A stretch of DNA of 64,000 nucleotides, from NCBI GenBank assembly GCA_032718475.1, contig JAUCBJ010005876.1, forward strand, positions 6,174-70,173. Reading direction: 5' to 3'. Source of the DNA: Nemertoderma westbladi (taxonomy: Eukaryota > Animalia > Xenacoelomorpha). Within the stretch, counting starts at the first letter, position 1, and each line of letters begins with the position of its first letter. Below the pieces are notes generated by a model. It did not search any database, was not told the DNA's origin, and saw nothing but the letters and a program-made list of their open reading frames with translations. This document shows, in pieces, positions 11,300 to 24,551 of this stretch. Position numbers and translations under genes: made by a program.

Positions 11300-13200
11300 A
11301 TTCCCACTCTACAAGAAGGAGTGTACTCTGTTATACTCGCAGCAGTAGTCGTAATACGGCGTACTCTGTTAATTTACAACAGGTTGATGCCATCAATGAT
11401 GCTGACGACAGCAGGCAATCATCCCAGGCATGGAGATCGATCAACTTGCTTGCTGGTCGAAAAAGCCAACCAACCACCAAGGTTAAGGCTGAATCACCAG
11501 CCGATCGCCTCAATGGTTGGAAGGCCCACTTTGAAAAGCTCCTCAATAATGACAGGGTATACCTGATAACTTTATAGAAGTAAAAGTGTCTGAGTCTGTA
11601 CTCCCAGATATTCCCATTGGTGATATCTCCTTTGCAGAAGTGAAGGCTGCTGCAAAGAGCATTAAGACCAATCGTGCCAGTGGAGTAGATGGTGTTCCCC
11701 CTGAGGTCTTTAAAATACCTGAGTGTTTAAAGCTCATCTATCCCATCATAGTAGACATGTACCGAACAACAAGAGTCCCACAAGAAATGAAAACAAATAA
11801 GTTGGTGCCAGTTCCCAAGAAGGGCAACCTAACACTCTATGGTTCTTTTCGGGGAATCTCATTGATCTCGATTGCTGCAAAGCTATACAATAGAATTCTA
11901 TTAAATCGTATCTGGGATCCCATTGAGAGACTGCTCCGTGGAAATCAGAATGGGTTCCGTAAAGGTCGTGGGACCATGGAGCCCATTTTGGCACTTAGAA
12001 GGATAATTTAAGAGTTATTAAAAAAGAAAGACAGGCATCTCGCTGTTATCTCTTCAAGGCCTTTGATTCAGTCTCTCGCTCACGTATGTTCAGCATACTT
12101 TCATTATATGGGATTCCTGATGAAATTATTGCAGCAATCAGATCAGTATACGATGGTTCGACAACATTTGTGTCTACTGTTGACGGTGACACAGAACCAT
12201 TTGAAGTATTATGGGGAGTCCTCCAGGGAGACACACTTGCACCATTCTTCTTCATAATTGTGGTTGACTATATTCTACGCATGTCCTTAGATCATCATAA
12301 TGATGATGGGGTGATGATAACTCCACCTACTGGCTCCAGAAGTCGAGGAAATCCTGCCAAGTACCTAACTGATCTAGACTTTGCTGATGACTTAGGAGTA
12401 CTTTCAGAATCACTAGAGGGAGCCCAACGGCTCCTCAGCTCATTAGAACATGCTGCTTCTAGTGTTGGTCTTTTTATTAACTCCAGAAAGACCAAAATTT
12501 TGACAGTTAACTTTGAAAGTCCTCAGCAAGTCTCTGATCGGATGAGCATAAGCTCAAAAGATGGTATGCTTGAGCATGTGGATGACTTCTGTTACCTGGG
12601 ATCATGGATCCGGAAGTCAGGTGAGGGCCTTCGAATACGTAAGGGAAAGGCATGGGCAGCCTTGAATAGGCTTTCCAGGATTTGGAAGTCACCGAGAATT
12701 AATCGGAAACTTAAGGTCCGATTATTTAGAGCAGCAGTAGTTCCAGTACTCCTCTATGGGAGTCCATGCTGGGCTCTAACTGCTGAGGACACCAAATCTC
12801 TGGATGGCACATTCACAAGAATGCTACGCCGGGTTCATTGTGTCAAGTACAATGCACACATCTCCAACCAGACACTATATAACATTGGAGGTGTCTCATT
12901 GGTTCCCCCAAGCTTGACACTAGAACAAAATCGCCTCCGCTTTGCAGGACATTGCTTTCGCCGTGAGGACCAACCAGTGCATAATCTTGTACTTTGGCAG
13001 CCTCATGGAGTGAATAAGCATGGTGGACAGCCCATGACTTTCTTGAGACGCATCTTAAAGGACACTGGCCTTGAAGATGCGGATGATCTAGCAAATGTCA
13101 TGGGTGATAGGGAGTTGTGGCGGTGCAATTTTGTCGATAAGCCGGCACAGCATTCTTAAAAATGCAGCTGCAATGCAGCATGCCGATCCTAGTAGTAGTG
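11300..13200 (+). mobile_element. 5'-truncated, disrupted non-LTR retrotransposon (RTE-like), reverse transcriptase
   Basis: ORFs 11586-12011 and 12086-13159 carry PVPKKG, FRGISL, NQNGFRKGR, KAFDS, GVLQGDTLAP, DLDFADD and FCYLGS; frame broken near 12010-12060; ends in a (TAG)3 tail; 5' boundary approximate. Confidence 0.9.
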
Positions 13201-15075
13201 ATTATAAAGTATTTACTTTCATTCGTCACCCAGAAGAGACTTCATGTTGCCTCCGGTGGTGTTTCGTGTTTCACGATGTTCCCCTTCTTCATTCTATCTT
13301 TCTTAGTTGACAATTCCCAAAGATGTACCACATAAGATCTCCAACAGGATCCCTTCTCGATCTTGCATTTAGTATATAGCTTAGCTCGTTAGCTGTTTAA
13401 TCGATGTCGGTCAGATTCATGAAAAATAAACAGGTAAACATTTGAGTCTTACACCCCGCAAAACTAACAAAAAACATAGAATCAGGACATCAACGCCCAA
13501 AATAGTGCTCAGCCACTAGGGCCATCAAAAACCACAAACAATACAAAAAAACATATTAAACATGCTCCACATACAAGTGTTATATATATATACAGTAAGC
13601 CCCTTGTTAGTCAGTATGTCGCGGTTAATTAAAGATTCATGAAAGTGATCCTTATAATTAGGTTTATGTTCTTTGGGACCACAACCACCCGATGGTTGTC
13701 CATCTTTCTTGTGGTGTGGTGCAATCTTAGTGTGAGAGAGTCTTGGATAATGTGGTGAATTAACCGGTCGTAGAATTCGGTTTTCAGTTCAGTTTCACTC
13801 AGTACAAATTGGATCCGATAGTACAGATTTATCCAGAGAATAATAATCTAGGGTAGGGCACATTTTTGCTGAAACAGGAGGACACATCTCATATCGTACA
13901 CAGGTATTATAGCATATATTTCAGTTTAAAGTAATGATATAATATTGGTCCACAATGTCCCGAAGATCGTATTAATTCGCTCCAATTAAGAGATTTAACT
14001 AGCCTCTGGTGCTGTCTGTGGCTACTCATTGTCCCTCCACGGTAGTACCGGTACTGCATCCCTTCTGCCCTCCAACTATAAACATTCCTGGCCCTTTAAT
14101 CGCTACCCTTTACGTGATGTTGGTAAATCCCCGCTAAACTGGATATAATCGCGGTAGATATTTCAGGACAGATAGGCTACATTCTCGCCTACTGATAAAC
14201 AGACGAGGGATGCATGCCATTAAATATTCTTGGCTCGTAGTGATTTTAAGTTTAGAAATGGGATAATAGATATCCTTATAAGTGTTAATTATTGAAACCT
14301 AGTTGATTATAGAGATGGCATTGTGACAATAGATATGTACAAAGGGCACCTATTGCTTGAACGGTTTCAGAAAATTATCTTCTTAAGTTTATCAATGGCA
14401 ATCAATGAGGCTTCTGCAAGATGTGGGCTGAACTATTGCGCACATTTTTTTCCTTGTATTGGTTGGTACTCATGTGTTGGTTATTTCGTACATTATTTTG
14501 ATAATGAACATAACATGATTTAGGATAATGTTATAGGACAATAGGATCCTCATATATATAGCCATCATCAGCGACAAGTTTCATTATCAGTTCTATGGCC
14601 TTATATGGATTTATTTTAGATACGGATAAAAAACATGATAGGTACGTAATTTATGATACTGATAATAGGAAAATAATTATTTCATCACATTGTATAACAA
14701 GGTGCAGTACAATAGAACAAACATATAATATTATATTATATTCGTATAGTGCAGCACGGTAAATATAAATTAATAAAAAAATCATCAATTTACCAAACAC
14801 CCAGTAATATGGTTAGGAAATAAATGAAGTTTATATAAAATTTAACGTTCTCTTACGTATCATAGTTAAAGAAACAAACCGAAACTTTCAAACATTGACT
14901 CCTAAATTTAAACTGCCAAATGTGTTGTCGTCAAAAAAAATTTTATTATTAACAATTTTGCATCAAAATTATTTTTAGATCCGCCTAGCGAGACCTCTAG
15001 TATTCACTCCCTTGTTGTTATTTTTGGTGGTGTTGTTAATTTCCAGTAGGGTTTTAGTATAATAAGGCTTCATAC

Positions 15076-15146
15076 GGCGCAGTGGAGAAGTTGGTAGAGC
15101 GTTGGCCTTGGAATCTCTAGGTACCGAGTTCAATCCTTTCCGGTGA
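15076..15146 (+). other. Degenerate tRNA-like (Pol III A/B box) segment
   Basis: TGGAGAAGTTGGTAGAGCG...GAGTTCAATCC; no intact cloverleaf. Confidence 0.55.
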
Positions 15147-15166
15147 ATTTGTTTTTTGTAGTAAAA

Positions 15167-18144
15167 TTGGTAGTAAGCCATTCGAGGAGACAGTTTATGC
15201 GTTAGTAGAAGCGGACCTTTGGTAGTAAGCCATTCGAGGAGACAGTTTATGCGTTAGTAGACGCGACCTTTGCTAGTAAGCCATTCGAGGAGACAGTTTA
15301 TGCGTTAGTAGACGCGGACCTTTGGTTGTAAGCCATTCGAGGAGACAGTTTATGCGTTAGTAGACGCGGACCTTTGGTAGTAAGCCATTCGAGGAGACAG
15401 TTTATGCGTTAGTAGACGCGGACCTTTGGTAGTAAGCCATTCGAGTAGACAGTTTATGCGTTAGTAGACGCGACCTTTGCTAGTAAGCCATTCGAGGAGA
15501 CAGTTTATGCGTTAGTAGACGCGGACCTTTGGTAGTAAGCCATTCGATGAGACAGTTTATGCGTTAGTAGACGCGGACCTTTGGTAGTAAGCCATTCGAG
15601 GAGACAGTTTATGCGTTAGTAGACGCGGACCTTTGGTAGTAAGCCATTCGAGGAGACGTTTATGCGTTAGTAGACGCGACCTTTGCTAGTAAGCCATTCG
15701 AGGAGACAGTTTATGCGTTAGTAGACGCAGACCTTTGGTAGTAAGCCATTCGAGGAGACAGTTTATGCGTTAGTAGACGCGGACCTTTGGTAGTAAGCCA
15801 TTCGAGGAGACAGTTTATGCGTTAGTAGACGCGGACCTTTGGTAGTAAGCCATTCGAGGAGACAGTTTATGCGTTAGTAGACGCGACCTTTGCTAGTAAG
15901 CCATTCGAGGAGACAGTTTATGCGTTAGTAGACGCGGACCTTTGGTAGTAAGCCATTCGAGGAGACAGTTTATGCGTTAGTAGACGCAGACCTTTGGTAG
16001 TAAGCCATTCGAGGAGACAGTTTATGCGTTAGTAGACGCGGACCTTTGGTTGTAAGCCATTCGAGGAGACAGTTTATGCGTTAGTAGACGCCAGTTTATG
16101 CGTTAGTAGACGCGACCTTTGGTAGTAAGCCATTCGAGGAGACAGTTTATGCGTTAGTAGACGCGACCTTTGGTAGTAAGCCATTCGAGGAGACAGTTCA
16201 TGCGTTAGTAGACGCGGACCTTTGGTAGTAAGCCATTCGAGGAGACAGTTTATGCGTTAGTAGACGCGGACCTTTGGTATTAAGCCATTCGAGGAGACAG
16301 TTTATGCGTTAGTAGACGCGGACCTTTGCTAGTAAGCCATTCGAGGAGACAGTTTATGCGTTAGTAGACGCAGACCTTTGGTAGTAAGCCATTCGAGGAG
16401 ACAGTTTATGCGTTAGTAGACGCGGACCTTTGGTAGTAAGCCATTCGAGGAGACAGTTTATGCGTTAGTAGACGCGGACCTTTGGTAGTAATCCATTCGA
16501 GGAGACAGTTTATGCGTTCGTAGACGCGACCTTTGGTAGTAAGCCATTCGAGGAGACAGTTTATGCGTTAGTAGACGCGGACCTTTGGTAGTAAGCCATT
16601 CGAGGAGACAGTTTATGCGTTAGTAGACGCGGACCTTTGGTAGTAAGCCATTCGAGGAGACAGTTTATGCGTTAGTAGACGCGGAACTTTGGTAGTAAGC
16701 CATTCGAGGAGACAGTTTATGCGTTAGTAGACGCAGACCTTTGGTAGTAAGCCATTCGAGGAGACAGTTTATGCGTTAGTAGACGCAGACCTTTGGTAGT
16801 AAGCCATTCGAGGAGACAGTTTATGCGTTAGTAGACGCGGACCTTTGGTAGTAAGCCATTCGAGGAGACAGTTTATGCGTTAGTAGACGCGACCTTTGGT
16901 AGTAAGCCATTCGAGGAGACAGTTTATGCGTTAGTAGACGCGGACCTTTGGTAGTAAGCCATTCGAGGAGACAGTTTATGCGTTAGTAGACGCGGACCTT
17001 TGGTAGTAAGCCATTCGAGGAGACAGTTTATGCGTTAGTAGACGCGACCTTTGTTAGTAAGCCATTCGAGGAGACAGTTTATGCGTTAGTAGACGCAGAC
17101 CTTTGGTAGTAAGCCATTCGAGGAGACAGTTTATGCGTTAGTAGACGCGGACCTTTGGTAGTAAGCCATTCGAGGAGACAGTTTATGCGTTAGTAGACGC
17201 GGACCTTTGGTAGTAAGCCATTCGAGGAGACAGTTTATGCGTTAGTAGACGCGGACCTTTGGTAGTAAGCCATTCGAGGAGACAGTTTATGCGTTAGTAG
17301 ACGCGGACCTTTGGTAGTAAGCCATTCGAGGAGACAGTTTATGCGTTAGTAGACGCGGACCTTTGGTAGTAAGCCATTCGAGGAGACAGTTTATGCGTTA
17401 GTAGACGCGGACCTTTGGTAGTAAGCCATTCGAGGAGACAGTTTATGCGTTAGTAGACGCGGACCTTTGGTAGTAAGCCATTCGAGGAGACAGTTTATGC
17501 GTTAGTAGACGCGGACCTTTGGTAGTAAGCCATTCGAGGAGACAGTTTATGCGTTAGTAGACGCGGACCTTTGGTAGTAAGCCATTCGAGGAGACAGTTT
17601 ATGCGTTAGTAGACGCGGACCTTTGGTAGTAAGCCATTCGAGGACACAGTTTATGCGTTAGTAGACGCGGACCTTTGGTAGTAAGCCATTCGAGGAGACA
17701 GTTTATGCGTTAGTAGACGCGGACCTTTGCTAGTAAGCCATTCGAGGAGACAGTTTATGCGTTAGTAGACGCAGACCTTTGGTAGTAAGCCATTCGAGGA
17801 GACAGTTTATGCGTTAGTAGACGCGGACCTTTGGTAGTAAGCCATTCAAGGAGACAGTTTATGCGTTAGTAGACGCGGACCTTTGGTAGTAAGCCATTCG
17901 AGGAGACAGTTTATGCGTTAGTAGACGCGGACCTTTGGTAGTAAGCCATTCGAGGAGACAGTTTATGCGTTAGTAGACGCGGACCTTTGGTAGTAAGCCA
18001 TTCGAGGAGACAGTTTATGCGTTAGTAGACGCGGACCTTTGGTAGTAAGCCATTCGAGGAGACAGTTTATGCGTTAGTAGACGCGGACCTTTGGTAGTAC
18101 GCCATTCGAGGAGACAGTTTATGCGTTAGTAGACGCGGACCTTT
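15167..18144. repeat. Tandem array, 52-bp unit, ~57 copies
   Basis: Unit GGTAGTAAGCCATTCGAGGAGACAGTTTATGCGTTAGTAGACGCGGACCTTT, very homogeneous, no variable spacers. Confidence 0.98.
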
Positions 18145-18233
18145 GAGCGATGGTTGTGAGCAACGCACTTGTTTTCTTTAAATGTTCGTCTCTAAATTTT
18201 ATTTTTTCATTAATATAAATTTTATAACAGCAA

Positions 18234-18826
18234 GCTATGGTGACCTTGAGCGGCAAGTTTTGAAATTGTTTACTCTGTTGTAACATTTTTTTGTTCTCCC
18301 GACTTTTGCAAACTCGTTCGAACGAATTTACAAAACTCAGGAAACAAATCTAATTGGTTGGAGTGGTTTCTATATCAACGGACATCCAATCAAGTTTGTT
18401 TCCATGATTTAGCCAATCACACTGAAGCTGCAGTCTCTTGATTACCTTTTTAGCGAATGGGTAAACAGTACCTAGACGAATCTATTTAATATACATTAAT
18501 GTTGGAAACTTAAAAAATTAAGGTCTATTACAGTTTTGAGTTGAACACTTGCATTGGAATTGTCTCATTATTAGAGAAAACTTAATTTGGTGTTTGTTGT
18601 TATAGCAACCACTCCAGCCAATTAGATTTGTTTCCCCGAGTGTTGTAAAATTGTTCGAACGAGTTCGCAAAAGTCGGGGGAACAAAACAAAGGTTACAAA
18701 AAATAAATTTTGGTTTTCCTGAGTTTTGAAAAAAAAGCACTCCAGCCAATTAGATTTGTACGAGTTTGCAATAGTCGGTGAACAAAAAAAAGATTACAAA
18801 AATTGGCCGCTCAGGGCCACCATAGC
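18234..18826. mobile_element. MITE with long imperfect inverted repeats
   Basis: GCTATGGTGACCTTGAGCGGC / GCCGCTCAGGGCCACCATAGC termini; internal inverted arms at ~18290-18370 and ~18605-18690. Confidence 0.7.
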
Positions 18827-19289
18827 AAACCCAAGCAGTTAATGCTGGAATTGTGTGGGAGCCAACGGCATCGGCACATTAGTTTGTGATGGGTTTACAT
18901 TACAACATTTATCATTATTATTCCTTTATTGTTAATGTGTGGTAACTAACTATGTACCAACTTGGCAGGCAATTCCTACCTATTCTATTATTACTTTATT
19001 GATGATCACTGAAAATGTGATAGAACTGTGTCGAATGGGGTTCCTATGCCAACAAACGAACCAACCAGTCATACCGTATATCTCACTAATTCTTCCTTTG
19101 AAATAAGATTATCATAACATGTAAATAATTAACTTGGATGGTCTGTGTCTATTCATATTACAATAAACATACTCCATTCGATTGCTTGTGTAATTGATTA
19201 ATGATGAAATAACCAGATAAATTAACTGACTTGACGTGGTACATCATTGTTGCTGACGTTTGTAGTTTGGAGTTGTAAGTATCACCGCG

Positions 19290-20708
19290 ATGAATCTATG
19301 TGCTTTGATTACGTTTCTCCTACTTCTAAATGGATTGTTGGTCGGTGGTAGAGGTAGAGGTGGTAATCCACACACTCAGACTTTGGAGGGTTACGATATA
19401 AAGGCGATTCCAAGGAAGTCAAACAAACCAATAGAAGTAACAATGGGGCTCTACCTCAATCAGATCATGGACTTCGATATGAACCTGAGAGTTCTGACGA
19501 CATTCGTCTGGCAGTATTTAGCATGGACTGACGAATTTCTTGGCTGGGAAGACTATCCTGATTTCGAAACCCCGTTTATATATACGGATCCTAATGAAAT
19601 CTGGTTGCCGGACATAGTGGGTCTAAACCAAGTCGATGACGTAAGGGTACGTCCAATGTTTCTGGCTAACAAGGCGAAAGTTTACCGCAACGGTTCCGTC
19701 ACTTGGTTCTACCCTGTGATACATCAAACTTCTTGCAACGTCGCTGCGAAATCGTTTCCATTCGACACTCAAGTTTGTAATATATCATTTACTTCTTGGA
19801 ATTACGACGCCTCGGTCATTTCTCTCAACTATAAGAACACCAGCGATTCTTTGGAATTTTTTATGCCATCGGGAGATTGGAGGATTCGATCGTTTAAAGC
19901 TAACAAAGAAGTCGTTTATTACAACTGTTGTCCCGATGTACCGTACCACAGTATCCACTTCATTATCGTCGTAAGTCGTTACTCAGTCTTAGATCTTTTC
20001 AACCTAATTCTCCCTGCAATCCTTCTCAATCTCATCGCCTACTTCGGTTTCTACCTACCAGCCGAGAGTGGCGAGAAGATGGGTCTTCAGATGACAGTGC
20101 TGCTTTCCGTTATGGTGTTTCAGATGACGGTAGCTGATTCGGTACCGTCCGACGCCACTCAGATCCCGTACATTTCCTGGTATTACTTCACCGTCATTGC
20201 TCTTCTCAGCTTCAGCTGTATGCTCACCGTCATTGTTCTGAAGATACAGAACCAGGGTCCCGCCGCTAGACCAATCCCACACTGCCTTCGTATATTGATA
20301 TTTAGCGTACTGGGTCGTATTTTATGTATGAGGATAAAAATGAACGCGCAGGGCAGAATGGTGGATCTAGACGAATCAGAAGAGGGTGAAGGTGAGGAGG
20401 AGGAAATTATATTTGCAGACACCGGCCGAAAGAAAAGCATGGCGTTGTTAGGTGATCTCCAAGGCAACCCAAAAGGTCAACTTATATATCAAGTTTACAC
20501 AAAACTGAGGGAGATCTTGAATCACTTTCTGGGAGACGAAGAGGTTGGAGGTGTACAGAAGGAGTGGATTCTAGCGAGTAACGTTGTTGATCGTTTCTTC
20601 ATGTGGATGTACCTGGTCTCCATGATCGGGTTGACACTCTTCTTTATGATGATGGCATACTTTGAGGGCGAAGCCACGGCTATTTCAGCTTCCGCATTCG
20701 TGGATTAG
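19290..20708 (+). CDS. Nicotinic acetylcholine receptor alpha-type subunit (Cys-loop channel, alpha9/10-like M2), single exon, 472 aa
   Basis: Signal peptide, WLPDI, Cys-loop CNVAAKSFPFDTQVC, loop B SWNYD, vicinal cysteines YYNCCPDVPY, M2 SGEKMGLQMTVLL, M4 after EWILASNVVDRFF. Confidence 0.93.
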   Translation: MNLCALITFLLLLNGLLVGGRGRGGNPHTQTLEGYDIKAIPRKSNKPIEVTMGLYLNQIMDFDMNLRVLTTFVWQYLAWTDEFLGWEDYPDFETPFIYTDPNEIWLPDIVGLNQVDDVRVRPMFLANKAKVYRNGSVTWFYPVIHQTSCNVAAKSFPFDTQVCNISFTSWNYDASVISLNYKNTSDSLEFFMPSGDWRIRSFKANKEVVYYNCCPDVPYHSIHFIIVVSRYSVLDLFNLILPAILLNLIAYFGFYLPAESGEKMGLQMTVLLSVMVFQMTVADSVPSDATQIPYISWYYFTVIALLSFSCMLTVIVLKIQNQGPAARPIPHCLRILIFSVLGRILCMRIKMNAQGRMVDLDESEEGEGEEEEIIFADTGRKKSMALLGDLQGNPKGQLIYQVYTKLREILNHFLGDEEVGGVQKEWILASNVVDRFFMWMYLVSMIGLTLFFMMMAYFEGEATAISASAFVD

Positions 20709-23336
20709 TCTATTTGTTTTTTTTCATCACATTTTCATTCATATGAAACTTGACTGCAACTGCCCTCTTTAACATCTTCCATTTTGTACTGACAAACTCC
20801 GGTAATTGGTTTAGCCATTAATATTCAACCAGATAAATAATTGAATTATTTAGTGAACTAAATTTGTTATAATACAAAGATAACATTATATTGAATTATT
20901 TAGTGAACTAAATTTGTTATACCCTAAAATCTTTATCTATTTTCATACTAATTTATGAATATTTTTTATTTATATTAATATTTATGCATTTATAAAATAT
21001 ACATTATATTTCACTATTTCCTATTTGTAACTCAAGATCTTGTACTATCTTGTGTTTGTCAGGCCAGAATATTTCAAGTTTAAATATATGGGGGATTTTT
21101 TAAATATTTAATTATTCCATAATACTCGTTAAACGTTTTTTTTAGATAGCAAAAATATAAGAAAAAAAGATAGAGAATGGTGTCAAACAAACGTGTCCAA
21201 CGGGTACCACTATCTAAATCGCTGTGTCTGTTGTGCTGGATCTGTTGTTCTGTAGTTCCGGGTATATCGCAAACTAAAGCATCATTCATTGATATTTTGG
21301 GAATGACGGTTTTCGTATATCTAATAGAGATAAGTACACTTTCTTATATAGACTCTCGGCTGCGCCCCACAACGTGTAGGTGGGAGACTGGTTTGTGGAA
21401 CGCTATATAAATGTATACCGGACAAATAGAGAATATACAGAGAACGAGAACATCACGTCAATGGGCAAAGGGGTACTTAATAGTGAAACTAAATAATTTA
21501 TAAAATTAAAATTAAGCCCATTAATTCACATTAGTATATGTTGTAAGGGGGTCTGGGTGAGGGTTTACTTAATTATTACAGGCCATCCTAATAACGAACT
21601 ATTGTTGTGTAAACAGTCTAGTAGGTGACAGGTTGTTACTTTTCCATTGCGGATCTTACAGTTGTAGCTATCCTGTGCTCGTCGAATATACTGAAGCATG
21701 TGAAAACGTGGCGATTTAAATTGTGGGATGACACCCAAGTACGATTTGTAAATGCAATGGAGTTCCAGAATGTTGGATCAATTTCTGTAATTTTGCATCT
21801 CCTTCTAGTTGATATTGCGAGAGTTGGTCAGTTAGTTCTGTTACACTTAGTGTGCGTTCCATACATGGCGTGATTACCTAACATATGTTACGTGTTCGTA
21901 GACTTCAGTGTGGTTTGGTGAGGTGGAACGTGGAGGGTTACACCAAGGTGATTTTAGGAATAGACAACCTGGTAAAAAAAAGTCCGTTTTAGCTAAACTT
22001 ATCTGATGCACATTAGCGGCCACCGCGGCGGAAGTTCATTATAGCAGTTTTTGAACCTCGTAACGGTCACCGTTGTCTGCAGCCCATTTTCCATCAAGAC
22101 CAGCCTGGATAGCAACTTTAGTTTCGCCTTAAAAGGTCAAGTCGTTGGCAAAAAGGAGTATAATTATTTCAACGAGTGTCGACTTTTTAATGTAGAACAC
22201 ATCAAGGATTACCAGAATGAAGACATTGTACATCAACATCCAAATGACGTAGACGCCAACTTTGGTGGAATGCCACTGCTGATAATATATGAGAACACAA
22301 TGTCAATGAATTTGAGCGACACATGTATTCATTGACATACATTATGTTTATGTACATTTTGTTAAGTATGCCGGAGCCGGAACCGGAGCCGCAATCGGAG
22401 CCGGAACCTGTCTAGAGAAACAAGTATAATGACGGTACTAATGTGGGTGAAGTGCTAAAAGTATTTTAGTTATAAATTAAATAGTATTTATTACCTTAGT
22501 TCAAAACCAAAAGGTAGTATAAGTCGTTAAGAAAGTGTTGTATACAATATGTACTAATAATTGGGATAATCTGAGACAATAACGATAAATTAAATCATAT
22601 AAATTTGCTAATAATTTTAAAGATTCCATCAACAATGTCCAAATGTTATTGCAATTTTAGTACAGCAATAACTTCAGATCTGCAAATATAGGAAGCCAAA
22701 AAAAGGCAGTTACAATTTGGCAAAACTGCTAGGTATGTGTGAGCCTACCTTCAACCGGTGGTTAGTGCTTCACGATCACCGATAACTAAAGTTTACTGAA
22801 CCATCTTCGTAATAATATAATATATTAAACCATGTAGGCCTACCCAGTCGCTTTTACTATTCCCCAAAGCTAGAAAAAGAGAAGCTCCTTAGACAAATTG
22901 TTGTTTATTATATTTATAATAAAATTATATATATAATTTATTATTCAGGAAATTTGCAGATGATTTAGATTTTTTATTCAATCAATTCGACACGACGACT
23001 TACACAAATGGAAATGGAAATGGTGCCTGGAATACTGTATAGAATCAAACCTTTCAAACACAAATATTCTAAAATTTATTACACTATTAACATTATTGGA
23101 AAATTTTCATATCTAAAAGTACTCGATAAAATCAAATTTAGTTTTCTAAAGAAGGCACTTTCACTATCTAAATTATCAGTATTTACATTCCTTGGTCTAT
23201 CAAATGGCTGGTTGACCTACACCACGAATCTATTATGTTCGCGGTCCCGCATTTCATAACAATACTTGAAGCAACTATAATCAACAAAACAGACCCATTC
23301 TAACGAGAGCAATGCAGTTCGTTAGGTTCTATTTGT

Positions 23337-24551
23337 GGATCTAGGACACTCCCCCCCCCCCCCGGACAGTTCCCCCCCCCCCCCCCCCGCCCAAGTAGGA
23401 CACTTCCCCCCCGGACACTTCCCCCCCGGACACTCCCCCCCCCCGGACACTTCCCCCCGGACACTTGCCCCCCCGGACACTCCCCCCAAGTGTTAAAATT
23501 AATCTGGGTGCATCAAAGCAATAAACACAAGTTAAAGATGGTTACAGGACAAGTTGTATCTTGACAGGTTTTTTCAAAATTATAAAAGAAACATTTTTAT
23601 AGTCAAATTTTGTTTGTTTTTCTTTTAATTCCTTTAATTCTTTTAATTTCTTTTAATTGGGGGCTGCCGCCCCCAAACCCCCGCTTCTTTTGTTGGGGGC
23701 TGCCGCCCCTAAACCCCTGCTTCTTTTGTTGGGGGCTGCCGCCCCCAAACCCCCGCTTCTTTTTTGGGGGCTCTCGCCCCCAAACCCTTGCCCGTGGTGA
23801 AAGACTTTAAGAACATTTTGAAATAATTAATTCATGTTTGTATCATCAGATAATAAATTGACTAAGCCTAAAGTAGGAACTGCATTGAATGTTAACCAAA
23901 TTAATATATAAATTACTACAATATTATATAATTCGAAACAAAAATCCTATTAAAAATATCGCAAGTAACCAGGAAATTTAATTAATTTATCAATATGTAA
24001 TGCTGAACACAGAATACAGGTCAACCCATGTCGATTTTACCCTGGAGAGATATAATTTTGATTGCAACAATAATATTCATCCCCATCTGCTACAGTTTGA
24101 AGAAGACTATTACAAAATAATACCTTTAATTAAAACAATTAATTATCATAATTCTATAGTAAAAAAAAACAGTATATCATTCGGGGATGGAATTTATAAG
24201 TCATCTAATTAATTGTTTAAAGATTAGCAAACAATACGATGTAATTGCAAGTTGATAAAACCCATAAATAAAACTTGGATATAAAATGTAAAATCGGGAT
24301 GCAAAAGATCACTTTCTGAGCTACGAAAGGAAAATTGGATACAACTTGTCTGGATACAAGCGGTCCGTTTACCTTACAAAATGAAAAATACAAATGTGCG
24401 AAGCTAAGAACAGTCGGGGGGGAAGTGTCCGGGGGGGAAGTGTCTGGGGGGGAAGTGTCCGAGGGGGAAGTGTCCTACTTGAACGGGGGGGAACTGTCCG
24501 GGGGAGAAGTGTCCGGGGGGGAAGTGTCCGGGGGGGAAGTGTCCGCACACC
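23337..24551. mobile_element. Foldback/Mutator-like non-autonomous element with subterminal GGACACTTCCCCCCC repeats
   Basis: Inverted arrays at 23345-23490 and 24415-24545; flanking 8-bp duplication CTATTTGT (23329-23336, 24552-24559). Confidence 0.75.

Larger units (their letters stand above)
14975..18174 (+). mobile_element. Probable Helentron-associated non-autonomous element (HINE/DINE-1-like) carrying the 52-bp array
   Basis: T-rich left end, 5' AGATCCGC..GCGAGACCT fold-back, 3' GCGGACCT inverted match, terminal imperfect hairpin then CACTTGTTT. Confidence 0.5.

Noticed and set aside
4711-13200. U2-targeting retrotransposon (Utopia/Keno-type)
   Set aside because: Both U2 copies are uninterrupted, and the LINE is RTE-like and lies over 1 kb away
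15167-18144. CRISPR-like appearance of the regular arrays (also 24552-25940, 34838-38295, 58418-59046)
   Set aside because: Units are head to tail with no unique spacers, there are no cas genes, and the context is eukaryotic
21650-22335. Minus-strand stretches that translate to hydrophobic, receptor-like peptides
   Set aside because: Interrupted by stops with no recognisable motif; needs BLASTX
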